Shown: positions 41,844-51,534 of the stretch, in pieces
Layout of the letters: the number at the start of each line of letters is the position of its first letter
Position numbering within the stretch: position 1 is the stretch's first letter
Program-made: the position numbers and the translations under genes
From: an uncultured Planctomycetota bacterium
Lineage (GTDB): Bacteria > Planctomycetota > PLA2 > JAEUHO01
Reading direction: 5' to 3'
DNA length: 64,000 nt
Assembly: GCA_963752285.1 (NCBI GenBank)
Contig: CAVVXN010000001.1
Location: forward strand, 288,001 to 352,000
Notes under the pieces: generated by a model
The model's database searches: none
What the model was told of the DNA's origin: nothing
What the model saw: the letters and a program-made list of their open reading frames with translations, nothing else

Positions 41844-44669
41844 TCAGGCGGGCTCGACGCGAACCGCGCAGAACTTGAACGACGGGATCTTCCCGAACGG
41901 GTCGAGCTGATCGGCGGTCAGGAGGTTCGCCGCCGCCTCGCGGAAGTGGAACGGGATGAACACGTTCCCGAGCGAGGTGTCCCGGGTCGCGCGCACCCGG
42001 ACCTGGATCTCGTTCCGGCGCGTGACCAGGCGGACGATCGTGCCCGGCGCGATCCCGAGCGTCACGAGGTCGTCCGGGTTCATCTCGCAGAAGGCCTCGG
42101 GCTCGATCTCGTCGAGGACCTTCGTGCGCCGGGTCATCGTGCCCGTGTGCCAGTGCTGGAGCGTCCGGCCCGTGTTCAGGACGAACGGGTACTCGGCGTT
42201 CGGGAGCTCGACCGGCGGAATCGTCTCGGCGGGGGAGAACCGGCCGCGGCCGCTCTTCGTCGGGAACCCGTCGCCGAAGAGGACGACCTCGCCCTCGGTG
42301 TTCTCCGGGTCGGGGCAGGGCCAGAGCTTTCCTCGGCCGCCGAGATGCCGGTACCGGAGGCCGCGGTAGGAGCTCGTGAGGTCCGAGAACTCCACGAAGA
42401 CGTCCTCGACGCGGTCGTAGTGCTGGGGATAGCCCATGCGCGTCATCACGTCGCAGAGGATCTGCCAGTCGAGACGGGCCTCGCCCGGCGGGTCGAGTAC
42501 GACCTGTCCCAGCTGGACGCGGCGGTCGGTGTTCGTGAAGGACCCGTACTTCTCGAAGTAGGAGGTGGCGGGGAGGACGACGTCCGCGACCTCGGCCGTC
42601 TCGGTGAGGAAGATGTCCTGCACCACCAGGAAGTCGAGATTGAGGAACGCGGCGCGGACGCGGGCGACGTTGGGGTCGGAGAGGAACGGGTTCTCGCCGA
42701 GGATGTACATGCCCTTCAGCGTCCCCGCCTCCGCGGCGTGGGCGATCTCGACGACGGTCTTCCCCGGCTTGGGGTCGAGGGGCACGCCCCACGCCTCCTC
42801 GAACCGCGCCCGGTGCGCGGGGTCGGCGACCGACGCGTAATCGGGATAGACCATCGGGATCAGGCCGGCGTCGCTCGCGCCCTGGACGTTGTTCTGGCCG
42901 CGGAGCGGGTGGAGACCCGTGCCCGGGCGCCCGACGTTCCCCGTGAGGAGGCAGAGGTTGATGAGGCTCCGCGCGTTGTCGGTGCCGTGGATGTGCTGCG
43001 AGATGCCCATGCCCCAGAAGACGAGCATGGCCCGCGCGTTGCCGATCACGCGGGCGATCTCGCGGATCCGGTCGGCGTCCACGCCGGTGATCGGCGCGGC
43101 GACCTCGGGCGTGTACCGGCTCACGAGCTCCCGCAGGGCGTCGAAGTTCTCGGTGTGACGCGCGATGTAGTCGTGGTCCTCCAGGCCCTCCTCGAGGATC
43201 ACGTTCATGATCGCGTTGTAGAAGGTGACGTCCGCGCCCGACTGGAGCCGCACGTAGGCCCACGCGTGGTCCGCGAGCTGGGGTCGGTGCGGGTTCACCA
43301 CGATCAGCTTCGTCCCGCGCCGTGCGGCTTCCTTCATGAAGGTCGCCGCGACGGGGTGGTTCGACGTCGTGTTCGTGCCCGTCACGAGGGCCACGTCGGA
43401 GTTGAGTACGTCCTTGTAGACGGTGGTGACCGCGCCGGAGCCGATCGTCTCGAGGAGCGCGGCGACGCTCGACGCGTGGCACAGCCGCGTGCAGTGGTCC
43501 ACGTTGTTCGTGCGGAACACCGCGCGGACCATCTTCTGGAAGAGGTACGCCTCCTCGTTCGAGCACTTCGCGCTCCCGAAACCCGCGAGCGCCTGGGGAC
43601 CGTGCGTGTCCCGGATCGACGTGAGACGCTTCGCGACGAGGTCGAGCGCCTCGTCCCAGGTCGCCTCGCGGAACGCGGACAGGCAGGCCCCGTAGTCGCG
43701 GTAGACCCCGTCCTTCGGGCGCTGGCCGTCGCCGATGCCCTGCATGTGCGCCGAGAGGGGGCGCTTCGGGTAGGCCCCCTCCTTCCGGATCAGGGGCTTC
43801 GTCAGGCGGTGGGGGTGCGTGGCGTAGTCGAATCCGTAGCGGCCCTTCACGCAGAGCCGGCCCTCGTTCGCACTCGGGGCCCGGCCCGACGTGAACACGA
43901 CGCGGTTCTGCGAGCGGTCCACGTGGTACGTGAGCGCGCAGCCCACCCCACAGTACGGGCAGACCGAGTCCACCTGGTCGAGCGCATGGTGCGCGTCCGG
44001 CTCGACGGTGATCGTCTTGTTCACGAGCGCGCTCGTCGGGCAGACCGACACGCACTCGCCGCACTCGACGCACGTGGACGTCCCCATCGGGGCGTCCAGG
44101 TCGAAGGCGATCCGCGCCCCGTAGCCCTTCCCGGTCCGGCCGATCACGTCGTTGTGCTGCACCTCGTCGCACGCCCGGATGCACCGGTCGCAGAGGATGC
44201 ACGCCTGGTGGTCCACGCGGATCACGGTCGAGGAGAGGTCGTCGGGCCGGGAGTTCCCGTGCGGCCAGCGCCCGCCGTCCGCGTCGAGCTCGCGTGCGAG
44301 GTCCATCAGCGCGTCGTCGCCGGTGCGGGCCTCCCGGCGGCTCTCCGGCGGCTGGTCCGAGAGCAGGAGCTCGGTCAAGACCTTTCGGTGGCGTCGGACG
44401 AGCGGCGAGTGCGTGTGGACGCGCATGCCGGGGGCCACGGTCCGCACGCACGACGCCTGGAGCGTCCGCTGCCCCTCCACCTCGACCACGCACATGCGGC
44501 AGACCCCGACCGGCCTCAGCCCGGGCTGGTGGCAGAGGACCGGGATGTCGATGCCCAGCCCGCGCGCGGCCTCGAAGATCGTGCTCTCCGGGGGAACGTG
44601 GACCTCGCGGCCGTCGATCGTGAGCGACACGGTCGGGGGCGCGGAGGTCGTGGCGGTGGGGGGGGTCAT
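41844..44669 (-). CDS. fdhF: Formate dehydrogenase alpha subunit (Cys-liganded, with N-terminal Fe-S domains)
   Basis: 2Fe-2S CHx7GxCRMC; CILCDRC; CVECGECVSVC; CPYCGVGC; CVKG; VDHCTRLCH; LRGQNNVQG. Confidence 0.95.
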   Translation of the reverse strand: MTPPTATTSAPPTVSLTIDGREVHVPPESTIFEAARGLGIDIPVLCHQPGLRPVGVCRMCVVEVEGQRTLQASCVRTVAPGMRVHTHSPLVRRHRKVLTELLLSDQPPESRREARTGDDALMDLARELDADGGRWPHGNSRPDDLSSTVIRVDHQACILCDRCIRACDEVQHNDVIGRTGKGYGARIAFDLDAPMGTSTCVECGECVSVCPTSALVNKTITVEPDAHHALDQVDSVCPYCGVGCALTYHVDRSQNRVVFTSGRAPSANEGRLCVKGRYGFDYATHPHRLTKPLIRKEGAYPKRPLSAHMQGIGDGQRPKDGVYRDYGACLSAFREATWDEALDLVAKRLTSIRDTHGPQALAGFGSAKCSNEEAYLFQKMVRAVFRTNNVDHCTRLCHASSVAALLETIGSGAVTTVYKDVLNSDVALVTGTNTTSNHPVAATFMKEAARRGTKLIVVNPHRPQLADHAWAYVRLQSGADVTFYNAIMNVILEEGLEDHDYIARHTENFDALRELVSRYTPEVAAPITGVDADRIREIARVIGNARAMLVFWGMGISQHIHGTDNARSLINLCLLTGNVGRPGTGLHPLRGQNNVQGASDAGLIPMVYPDYASVADPAHRARFEEAWGVPLDPKPGKTVVEIAHAAEAGTLKGMYILGENPFLSDPNVARVRAAFLNLDFLVVQDIFLTETAEVADVVLPATSYFEKYGSFTNTDRRVQLGQVVLDPPGEARLDWQILCDVMTRMGYPQHYDRVEDVFVEFSDLTSSYRGLRYRHLGGRGKLWPCPDPENTEGEVVLFGDGFPTKSGRGRFSPAETIPPVELPNAEYPFVLNTGRTLQHWHTGTMTRRTKVLDEIEPEAFCEMNPDDLVTLGIAPGTIVRLVTRRNEIQVRVRATRDTSLGNVFIPFHFREAAANLLTADQLDPFGKIPSFKFCAVRVEPA

Positions 44670-46497
44670 CCTGGCTCTCGCTCTCTCGGGCCGGCGGGTT
44701 CCCGGAGGAGGAGGTCCTCGAGCCCGAGGGCGCGGACCTCGTCGTCGGGCACCAGGCCCCGGGCCGTCCAACCCCGGGCCTGGTAATAGGTTGCGATCAT
44801 ACGCGCGAGATCCTGGGCGCTCAACGCGGCCCCGGCCGACGGGCCGGCGCGGAGCGGCTCGGCGAGGAATCGGGGGGGAGCGTGTCCTCCTCCCGCGTCC
44901 AGCCCTCCCGCACGTTGAAGAGCTTCTTCGCCGTGACGATCCGCCGCGCCGTTCGTTCGAGCTCGGCGCGGTCCACGTCGAAGCCCGTCACCGCGGCGAG
45001 CATCGCGGCCGCCTCCTCGTAGAGGTCGGGGATCGCGCCGCGCAGGAACTTGCAGAGGATCAGGCTGTCCAGCAGCGCGGCGCGGTCCTCCGTCCGGGCG
45101 GCGGCCGGGCCCTTCGACTCGTCCGCGCGGAGACGGTCGGACCCGGCGCGGAAGTCCTCCTCGTAGGCGCCGCTTCGGTTGTGGTCGGCGCCCCGCGTCG
45201 AGACGGCGAGCCCCACGGCCATCGCCTGGAGCGCGCGCGGCTCGTAGCCGGGCAGCTCGAGGCCCTTCACGTGGCAGGCGAAGCCCTCGGCGCCGTGCCC
45301 GATCGCCTGCGCCGCGCGGCGCGAGCCCTCGGCCAGGAGGTCGCCGACGCCCTCGCGTCGTGCGATCCGCTCGAGCAGGTCGAGCGCTCCGGGGCCGTCG
45401 CCGAACGCGGGGACGTCCCCGAGGAGCCCCCGTTCGCCGCACTCCATCGCGAACGCGATGGTGCCGCCCGCGGAGATGACGTCCACGCCGTGCTCGTCGC
45501 ACCGGCGGGCCAGCGCGAGCACGACATCCCGGTCGTCCACGCCGAGGAGCGGGCCCAGCGCGAAGAGGCCCTCGTACTCCAGGCGGACCGGGCCGTCCGC
45601 GGACGGGAAGAGGTGCTCGCAGCCGATGGTGCAGCCCACGCAGTGGTGGCGCACCGCACCCTGCATCGCGTGGAGGGCCTCGCCCGAGACCGACTCGGCA
45701 CCGGCGAACGTGGCGTCCTGGAAGTTCCGCGTCGGGAGCGCGCCGAGCCGGTTGAAGACGAGCAGGTTCGCGACCGTGCCGAGGTGTCGGTACTTCGCGG
45801 TGCCCTCCCCGAGGGAACGGCGCGAGAGGTCGCGTGCGAGCTCGATCACGCGGTCGGGGTCGGCGAGCGGCGTTTGGAGAACGCCGTGGGCCGCGATCCC
45901 CTTCACGCGCTTCGCGCCGAGCACGGCCCCCAGGCCGCCGCGGCCGGCGTGGCGCCGGTCGCCGGAGATCGTGGCGTAGCGGACGAGGCGCTCGCCCGCG
46001 GGCCCGATCCCGAAGAAGCGGTACGACGGCCCGAGACGCTCCCGGACGAGGCCCTCCGCGGCCTCGGAAGAGCGCCCGACGAGGTCCCGCGCGTCCTCGA
46101 GCCGGACGCCGCCCTCGTCCACGACGAGGAGCGACCACGCCGGCGCGGCGCCTCGGATCACGAGGGCGTCGATCCCCGTGGCCTTGAGCTCGACGGCGAA
46201 GCGGTCGCTCGCGAGCGCGTCCGAGATGCGGTCGGTGAGGGGCGACTTCGCCAGGACCGCGAACTTCGCGCTGGTGGTGAGGGGGCTCCCGACGAGGGGC
46301 GAGAGCGCGAGCACGAGCGCGGCCTCGGGCGCGAGGGGGTCCACCCCCGGCGGGTCGGCCTTCGCGAGGAGCCACGTGCCGAGGCCCACGCCGCCCACGA
46401 AACGGCGGAGCACCTCCTCGGCGAGCGGGACCCGCTCCGCGCGACCCGACGCCAGGTCCACGAAGAGCGCCGCGCCGTGGTACCCGCCCCTCAACAT
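44666..46497 (-). pseudogene. aor: Aldehyde:ferredoxin oxidoreductase (AOR family) with a one-base frameshift at the G7 run 44872-44878 (real or sequencing error)
   Basis: KSPLT, GRGGLGAVLGAK, CVGCTIGC, EYE, CDEHGVD, DSLILC. The C-terminus RFLAEPL...YYQARGW...LGL is in the adjacent frame and ends in an ATGA overlap with fdhF. Confidence 0.88.
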
Positions 46498-46597
46498 ACG
46501 GAGCCAGAGCAATTTGTCCGAATCAGGCGCGGCCGAGGCGTCCGGTTCGACAGGGCGTTCCGGGCCGAGTGGGACAAATTGCTCTGGCTCCGTATGT
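46494..46597. repeat. Perfect 26-bp inverted repeat with a 52-bp spacer
   Basis: ACATACGGAGCCAGAGCAATTTGTCC (46494-46519) and GGACAAATTGCTCTGGCTCCGTATGT (46572-46597). Confidence 0.95.
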
Positions 46598-46614
46598 ACC
46601 TATGAGGGGGAGTA

Positions 46615-48693
46615 TCAGCCCAGGCCCAGGCCTCCGGTTCGGGCGAAGCCGAGCGCCTCCGCCAGCGTCACCTCCAGCTGCGCCAGGGTGTACGGCTTCT
46701 GGAGGAACCCCGCGATGCGCCCGCCGTGCGGCAGGGTCGCCTGCACGAGGTGCTCCGTGTGGCCCGAGGAGAGCACGATGCGGGCGGCGGGGTCGAGCTC
46801 GAACAGCGCCTCGCTCGCCTCGACGCCCGACATCTCGGGCATCGTGACGTCGAGGAGCACGAGCTCGAACGGCTCCGTCCGGTGCTCGAAGGTCCGGAGC
46901 GCCTCCTCCCCGCTCTCGACCGAGACGACGCTGCAGCCGAGCGAGCGCAGCATCTCCTCGGCGACGGCCCGCACCATCGGGTCGTCCTCGACCAGGAGCA
47001 CGCGCGGACGGCCCAGACGGCCGACCGGCGCGGGAGGCGACGCGGGCAAGGGGGGCAAGGCGGGCACGTCCGCCCGCGGGAGGAGGACCTCGATCGTGGT
47101 GCCGCGGCCCGGCGCGCTCTCGATGTCGATCGCGCCCCGGTGGCGCTTCACGATGCCGAGCACGGCGGCGAGCCCGAGGCCCGAGCCGGTGGGCTTGGTC
47201 GAGAAGTACGGATCGAACAGGCGGCGGCGCGTCGCCTCCGGCATGCCGTGCCCGTCGTCGCGGACGCGGAGCAGGACGTAGTCTCCCGGCGGGTGCGCGC
47301 CCGTCCGTTCGCAGGTCCAACCCCGCTCCCGGACCTCGTTGGCCGCCTCGATGCAGAGCGTCCCCCCGCGTCCGAGGGCCTCGACGGCGTTCTGCGCGAG
47401 GTTCAGGAGCACCTGGCCCATCTGCACCCGGTCGGCGAGGACGGTCCAGCCGGTCTCCGGGAGCTCCACGTCGAGCTGGTGGCGCGGGCCGAGCATCCCG
47501 CGGATCAGCATCAGGTTGTCGCGCACGATGCGCGTCATCGTGAGCGGGCGCGGCTCGGAGTGGACGCCGCGCGCGATCGCGAGCAGCTGCCCCGTCAGGT
47601 GCGCGAGCCGATCGGCGGAGGCGGCGATGCGGTCGCACTGCCGCGAGGCCTCGCCGACCGTCGGGACGTGGCGGCGCAGGAGCCCCACGGACCCGATGAT
47701 CCCCATCAGGATGTTGTTGAAGTCGTGCGCGACGCCTCCGGCGATCGCGACGATGCTCTCCTCCTTCTGCTGCTCCAGGAGGCGGCGGAACAGCCGCTTC
47801 TTCTCGGTCACGTCCTGGGTCACCGTCAGGAGGCCGAGACGGCCGCGGTAGTGGAAGGCCGTCCCGTGCACCTCGGCGTCGAACTCCGAGCCGTCCTTGC
47901 GCACATCCCGGGCCTCGACACGGAACGCGAAGCCCTCGGCGATCCTCGACAGGAACCGGTCGCACGTGGCGTGGAAGTCGGATCGAAGGAGGTCCCTCAC
48001 CGAAGACCCGACGAGCTCCGCGTACTCGTATCCGTACAGTCGGCACGCCGCGGTGTTCGTCTCGACGATACGGCCGTCGGCGTCGAGCACGATGAGCGCG
48101 TCGCTCGTGGCGTTGAACACGCTGCGATACGCCTCCTCGCTCTCGCGAAGGCGCAGCGACCAGAACCGGTTCTCGACGATCTTCGCGACGACGTTGACGT
48201 ACCGGTCCACGTCCTCGACCTGCCGGAAGACCTCGGCATCGGGCCGGTCGCCGCTCCTCGGGTTGTCGAGGGAGACCATCCCGAGGATGTCGTCGTCCCA
48301 GCTCCGCATGAAGACGACCAGCCGGTCGTCCGGGTCCCAGCTCCCCTCCACGCTGCGCCCCGGGATGTACGCCACCCCGGCGGGCGGGCCCTCGCCGGCC
48401 GGGAGGAAGCAGACGTTCGTCCCCGGGCGGCCGAAGCGGAGGATCATCTCGCGCTTCCCGCGGCGCTTCTCCTCGGGCGTCGAGCGAAACGACGTCCGGA
48501 AGCGCTCCTTCACGTCGGCGGGGCACCCGGCCGCGCCGTAGAAGGCGGAGTCCGCCATGTAGAAGGTGACGAGCGCCGTCTCGAACGCCGTGTAGGCCAC
48601 GATGACCCGGGCGACGTGGTCGAGCAGGTCCTCCAGGTCGTCATACCGGTGGACCTCGCCGAGCGAGTCGAACAGCGCACGAGACACAGACAC
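46615..48693 (-). CDS. Hybrid sensor histidine kinase (GAF-like, PAS, HisKA, HATPase, receiver)
   Basis: GGVAHDFNN, NLAQNA, DDGHG, PYFSTK, GSGLGL, VEDD, LLDVTMP, KP. Confidence 0.93.
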   Translation of the reverse strand: MSVSRALFDSLGEVHRYDDLEDLLDHVARVIVAYTAFETALVTFYMADSAFYGAAGCPADVKERFRTSFRSTPEEKRRGKREMILRFGRPGTNVCFLPAGEGPPAGVAYIPGRSVEGSWDPDDRLVVFMRSWDDDILGMVSLDNPRSGDRPDAEVFRQVEDVDRYVNVVAKIVENRFWSLRLRESEEAYRSVFNATSDALIVLDADGRIVETNTAACRLYGYEYAELVGSSVRDLLRSDFHATCDRFLSRIAEGFAFRVEARDVRKDGSEFDAEVHGTAFHYRGRLGLLTVTQDVTEKKRLFRRLLEQQKEESIVAIAGGVAHDFNNILMGIIGSVGLLRRHVPTVGEASRQCDRIAASADRLAHLTGQLLAIARGVHSEPRPLTMTRIVRDNLMLIRGMLGPRHQLDVELPETGWTVLADRVQMGQVLLNLAQNAVEALGRGGTLCIEAANEVRERGWTCERTGAHPPGDYVLLRVRDDGHGMPEATRRRLFDPYFSTKPTGSGLGLAAVLGIVKRHRGAIDIESAPGRGTTIEVLLPRADVPALPPLPASPPAPVGRLGRPRVLLVEDDPMVRAVAEEMLRSLGCSVVSVESGEEALRTFEHRTEPFELVLLDVTMPEMSGVEASEALFELDPAARIVLSSGHTEHLVQATLPHGGRIAGFLQKPYTLAQLEVTLAEALGFARTGGLGLG

Positions 48694-48918
48694 TCCCGGA
48701 GCAGCTCCCCCGGCCGGCGGCCGAGGACGTCCGCTCCCACGCGGGACGGGACGTTCACTCCGCGCGGGCACGGACCTCGATCAGTCAGGGGAGAAGGGAT
48801 ACGTGCGCCACCGGCCTCGCGCAACGGGCAAGGCCGCGCGACCCAGGAACTGGGCCGGCGGGTCCGCGGGCGGGCTCCGGCGGGGGGATGGCGTATCGTG
48901 GCGCCGCGCGGAGGCAGG

Positions 48919-49299
48919 ATGACCTGGATCTGGATCGGGGTCGGAGGCGCGGCGGGCGCGCTCGCACGGTACGTGGCGAGCGGCTGGGTCCAGGGCGCCT
49001 CGCCCTCGTCGTTCCCCTGGGGCACGTTCGCGGTGAACGTGGTCGGCTGCTTCGCGATCGGCCTCCTCGCCGGCCTGCTCTCGGGTCCCGCGCTCGTCCG
49101 ACCCGAGGTGCGGCTGGGGCTCCTCGTCGGCTTCCTCGGCGCCTTCACCACGTTCTCCACGTACGCATACGAGACGCTGGAGCTCGGAGCGGCGGGGCAG
49201 TGGGCCTGGTGTCTCTGGAACGTACTGCTCGCGAACGGCCTCGGCCTCGTCGCGGTGTGGGCTGGTGATCGCCTCGCGGCGATCCTCACGAGAGGATGA
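48919..49299 (+). CDS. crcB: Fluoride efflux channel CrcB/Fluc
   Basis: GGAAGALARY, FPWGTFAVN, GFLGAFTTFST. Confidence 0.95.
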   Translation: MTWIWIGVGGAAGALARYVASGWVQGASPSSFPWGTFAVNVVGCFAIGLLAGLLSGPALVRPEVRLGLLVGFLGAFTTFSTYAYETLELGAAGQWAWCLWNVLLANGLGLVAVWAGDRLAAILTRG

Positions 49300-49652
49300 G
49301 ATCCATGATGGAGATCCCGCAGGACGGCCGGCTCTTGCGCATCTTCCTCGGTGAGAGCGATCTCTGGGAGGGCCGTCCGCTCTACGAAGCGATCGTCCTC
49401 GAGGCGCGGGCACGCGGTCTCGCCGGCGCGACGGTGTTGCGCGCCTCGATGGGCTTCGGGAAGGCCAGCCGTCTCCACACCGCGAAGGTGCTCCGGCTCT
49501 CGGGCGACCTCCCGATCGTCATCGAGATCGCCGACGCCGCCGAGAAGATCGACGCCTTCCTGCCGCTCTTGGAACCCATGATGCAGGGCGGGCTCGTCAC
49601 GCTCGAGAAGGTGCAGGTCATCCGCTACCACCACGGCCGCGAAGACCGCTGA
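49296..49652 (+). CDS. DUF190 family PII-like protein
   Basis: LRIFLGESD, GLAGATV, LSGDLPIVIE; typical crcB neighbour. Confidence 0.9.
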   Translation: MRSMMEIPQDGRLLRIFLGESDLWEGRPLYEAIVLEARARGLAGATVLRASMGFGKASRLHTAKVLRLSGDLPIVIEIADAAEKIDAFLPLLEPMMQGGLVTLEKVQVIRYHHGREDR

Positions 49653-49768
49653 CACCGCGCGTACGGGGCCGCGCGCGGGCGCGAGGTTGTCGCATCGGCA
49701 CGAAGGGGCGGAAGGTCCCGTGCGCGTCGTGCCGCATCGGCACGGGTCGGGCGTCGGAGAGCCCGGAT

Positions 49769-49794
49769 CCAAACACCGGCGCGTACGTGTCGTA
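49769..49794 (+). promoter_or_regulatory. Putative ECF-sigma promoter CCAAAC-N16-CGTA
   Basis: AAAC at 49771-49774, a 16-nt spacer, and CGTA at 49791-49794, upstream of degP. Confidence 0.45.
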
Positions 49795-49909
49795 GTCCTT
49801 CACCAGAAAGACATTTCCGCGCCGGGCGTCGCCGGCTTCCCCCTCGAGCGGGAGACCCCGGCGACGCCGCGCGATCGGGGTGCGACCTGCCCCCGGAAAG
49901 GAGATCCTC

Positions 49910-51406
49910 ATGAACAGGTTGCGGAAGGGTTCCGCGACCGCCCTCGTGGTCGCGAGCCTCGCGGCCGCGGCGCTCGTCGCCGTACCGGCGCTCGGCGGAA
50001 CCGACGGCACGAACACGGCGAACCGACCGCAGACTTCGCCGGTCCTCGGAGCCGGCGCCCGGGCGCCCACCCCGAACGAGGCGTCGTCGGGCATCGCCGT
50101 CGCGAAGGACCTCGGCAACGCGTTCGCCGAGATCGCGTCCCAGGCGCGACCCGCGGTCGTATCGATCCAGGTCGAGACGAAGCCCCAGCATCCGACGGCT
50201 TCGTTCCCCGACCTCCGTAGGTTCGGCCTTCCCTTCGACATGCCCGTCCCCTCGACCCCCCGGGTCGGACAGGGGTCCGGGTTCGTGGTCTCGAAGGACG
50301 GCCTGATCCTCACGAACTTCCACGTGGTGAAGGACGCGACGCATGTGACCGTGCGGTTCGCCGACGGCTCGGAGGTGGATGCGAAGGTGCTCGGCACCGA
50401 CCCCACCACCGACATCGCGCTCATCCAGGTGCCGCGGAAGGACCTCTCGTACCTCCGGTTCGCCGACTCCGACCGGACCCGTGTCGGGGACTGGGTGGTC
50501 GCGATCGGATCGCCGTTCGGTCTCACGCAGAGCGTGAGCGCCGGCATCGTGAGCGCGAAGGGTCGGAACGAGGTCGGGATCAACGACCTCGAGGACTTCA
50601 TCCAGACCGACGCCGCGATCAACCCCGGCAACTCCGGCGGGCCGCTCCTCGACCTGCAGGGCCGGGTCATCGGGATGAACTCGGCGATCCTCAGCCGCAG
50701 CGGCGGGAACGTCGGGATCGGGTTCGCGGTCCCGTCGAACCTCGTCCAGCAGATCGAGACGCACCTTGCGAAGGAAGGCCACGTGACGCGCGGCTTCCTG
50801 GGCGTCGGCATCCAGGACCTCACCTCGGACCTCGCCGCCGCCATGGGGATGGACACCCTGCACGGTGCGCTCGTGTCCTCGGTGGAGCCCGACAGCCCGG
50901 CCGCGAAGGCCGGCGTCGAGCCCGGGGACGTCGTCCTCGAGGTGGACGGCCACGCGGTCCTCGGCTCCGGTGCCCTCCGAAACGCGATCGGGCTCCGCGC
51001 GCCCGGCTCCGAGGTGAAGCTCACGGTGCTGCGCGGCAAGCAGCAGCAGGAGCTCGACGCGACCCTCGGCGAGCGGCCGGGCGGCCAGCAGGCCGCCGAA
51101 GGCGCGAACGAGCACGCTGAGGCACTCGGTCTCCAGGTCCAGGACCTGACCCCCGACATCCAAAAGGAGCTCGGTGTGGACGCGTCCAAGGGCGCCGTCG
51201 TGACCGCCGTCGAGCCCGGCTCGGCGGCCGCGCGGGCGGGGCTCGCGGAGGGCATGGTGATCGTCAGCGCGGACCGACAGGACGTCCAAGGCGCCGACGA
51301 CCTGGCCAAGCGGATCGACCAGGCGAAGACGAGCTCGAACGACCGGATCCTGCTCCGCGTGATCACGGACCACGGGGCTCGGTGGATCGTGCTGCATATG
51401 TCGTGA
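49910..51406 (+). CDS. degP: Do/DegP (HtrA) serine protease with two PDZ domains
   Basis: AAAGGAG RBS; GSGFV, TNFHVV, DIAL, IQTDAAINPGNSGGPL. Confidence 0.95.
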   Translation: MNRLRKGSATALVVASLAAAALVAVPALGGTDGTNTANRPQTSPVLGAGARAPTPNEASSGIAVAKDLGNAFAEIASQARPAVVSIQVETKPQHPTASFPDLRRFGLPFDMPVPSTPRVGQGSGFVVSKDGLILTNFHVVKDATHVTVRFADGSEVDAKVLGTDPTTDIALIQVPRKDLSYLRFADSDRTRVGDWVVAIGSPFGLTQSVSAGIVSAKGRNEVGINDLEDFIQTDAAINPGNSGGPLLDLQGRVIGMNSAILSRSGGNVGIGFAVPSNLVQQIETHLAKEGHVTRGFLGVGIQDLTSDLAAAMGMDTLHGALVSSVEPDSPAAKAGVEPGDVVLEVDGHAVLGSGALRNAIGLRAPGSEVKLTVLRGKQQQELDATLGERPGGQQAAEGANEHAEALGLQVQDLTPDIQKELGVDASKGAVVTAVEPGSAAARAGLAEGMVIVSADRQDVQGADDLAKRIDQAKTSSNDRILLRVITDHGARWIVLHMS

Positions 51407-51436
51407 TGACGGGCTGACCGATGCAAGGATGAATGC

Positions 51437-51479
51437 ACGCCCCGCCGACCCGCTTGCGGCCGGCGGGGCGTTCCCCTTT
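51437..51479 (+). terminator. Putative intrinsic terminator hairpin
   Basis: ACGCCCCGCCG...CGGCGGGGCGT stem followed by TCCCCTTT, between convergent genes. Confidence 0.55.
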
Positions 51480-51534
51480 CGTCGGGGATCGCCGCGCCTG
51501 AGCGTGGACCGCGCGTCGCGCGTCCGGCGGGTGC

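Noticed and set aside
43470..43500. Selenocysteine in formate dehydrogenase
   Set aside because: The ligand position is Cys (CTRLCH) with no in-frame TGA.
48781..48918. Fluoride riboswitch expected upstream of crcB
   Set aside because: Only a GGGGATGG fragment is present; I cannot find the P1 and pseudoknot pairing or the 3' TGAnnnCTA element.
49791..49818. Minus-strand GGAAATGTCTTTCTGGTGAAGGACTAC loosely resembling a fluoride aptamer
   Set aside because: Too short, lacks the P2 stem, and lies downstream of and antisense to crcB.
49800..49909. Moco riboswitch suggested by GGAAAGGAG
   Set aside because: The pairing CCTCC and 5' elements are absent, it precedes degP rather than Moco genes, and it is explained by the RBS.
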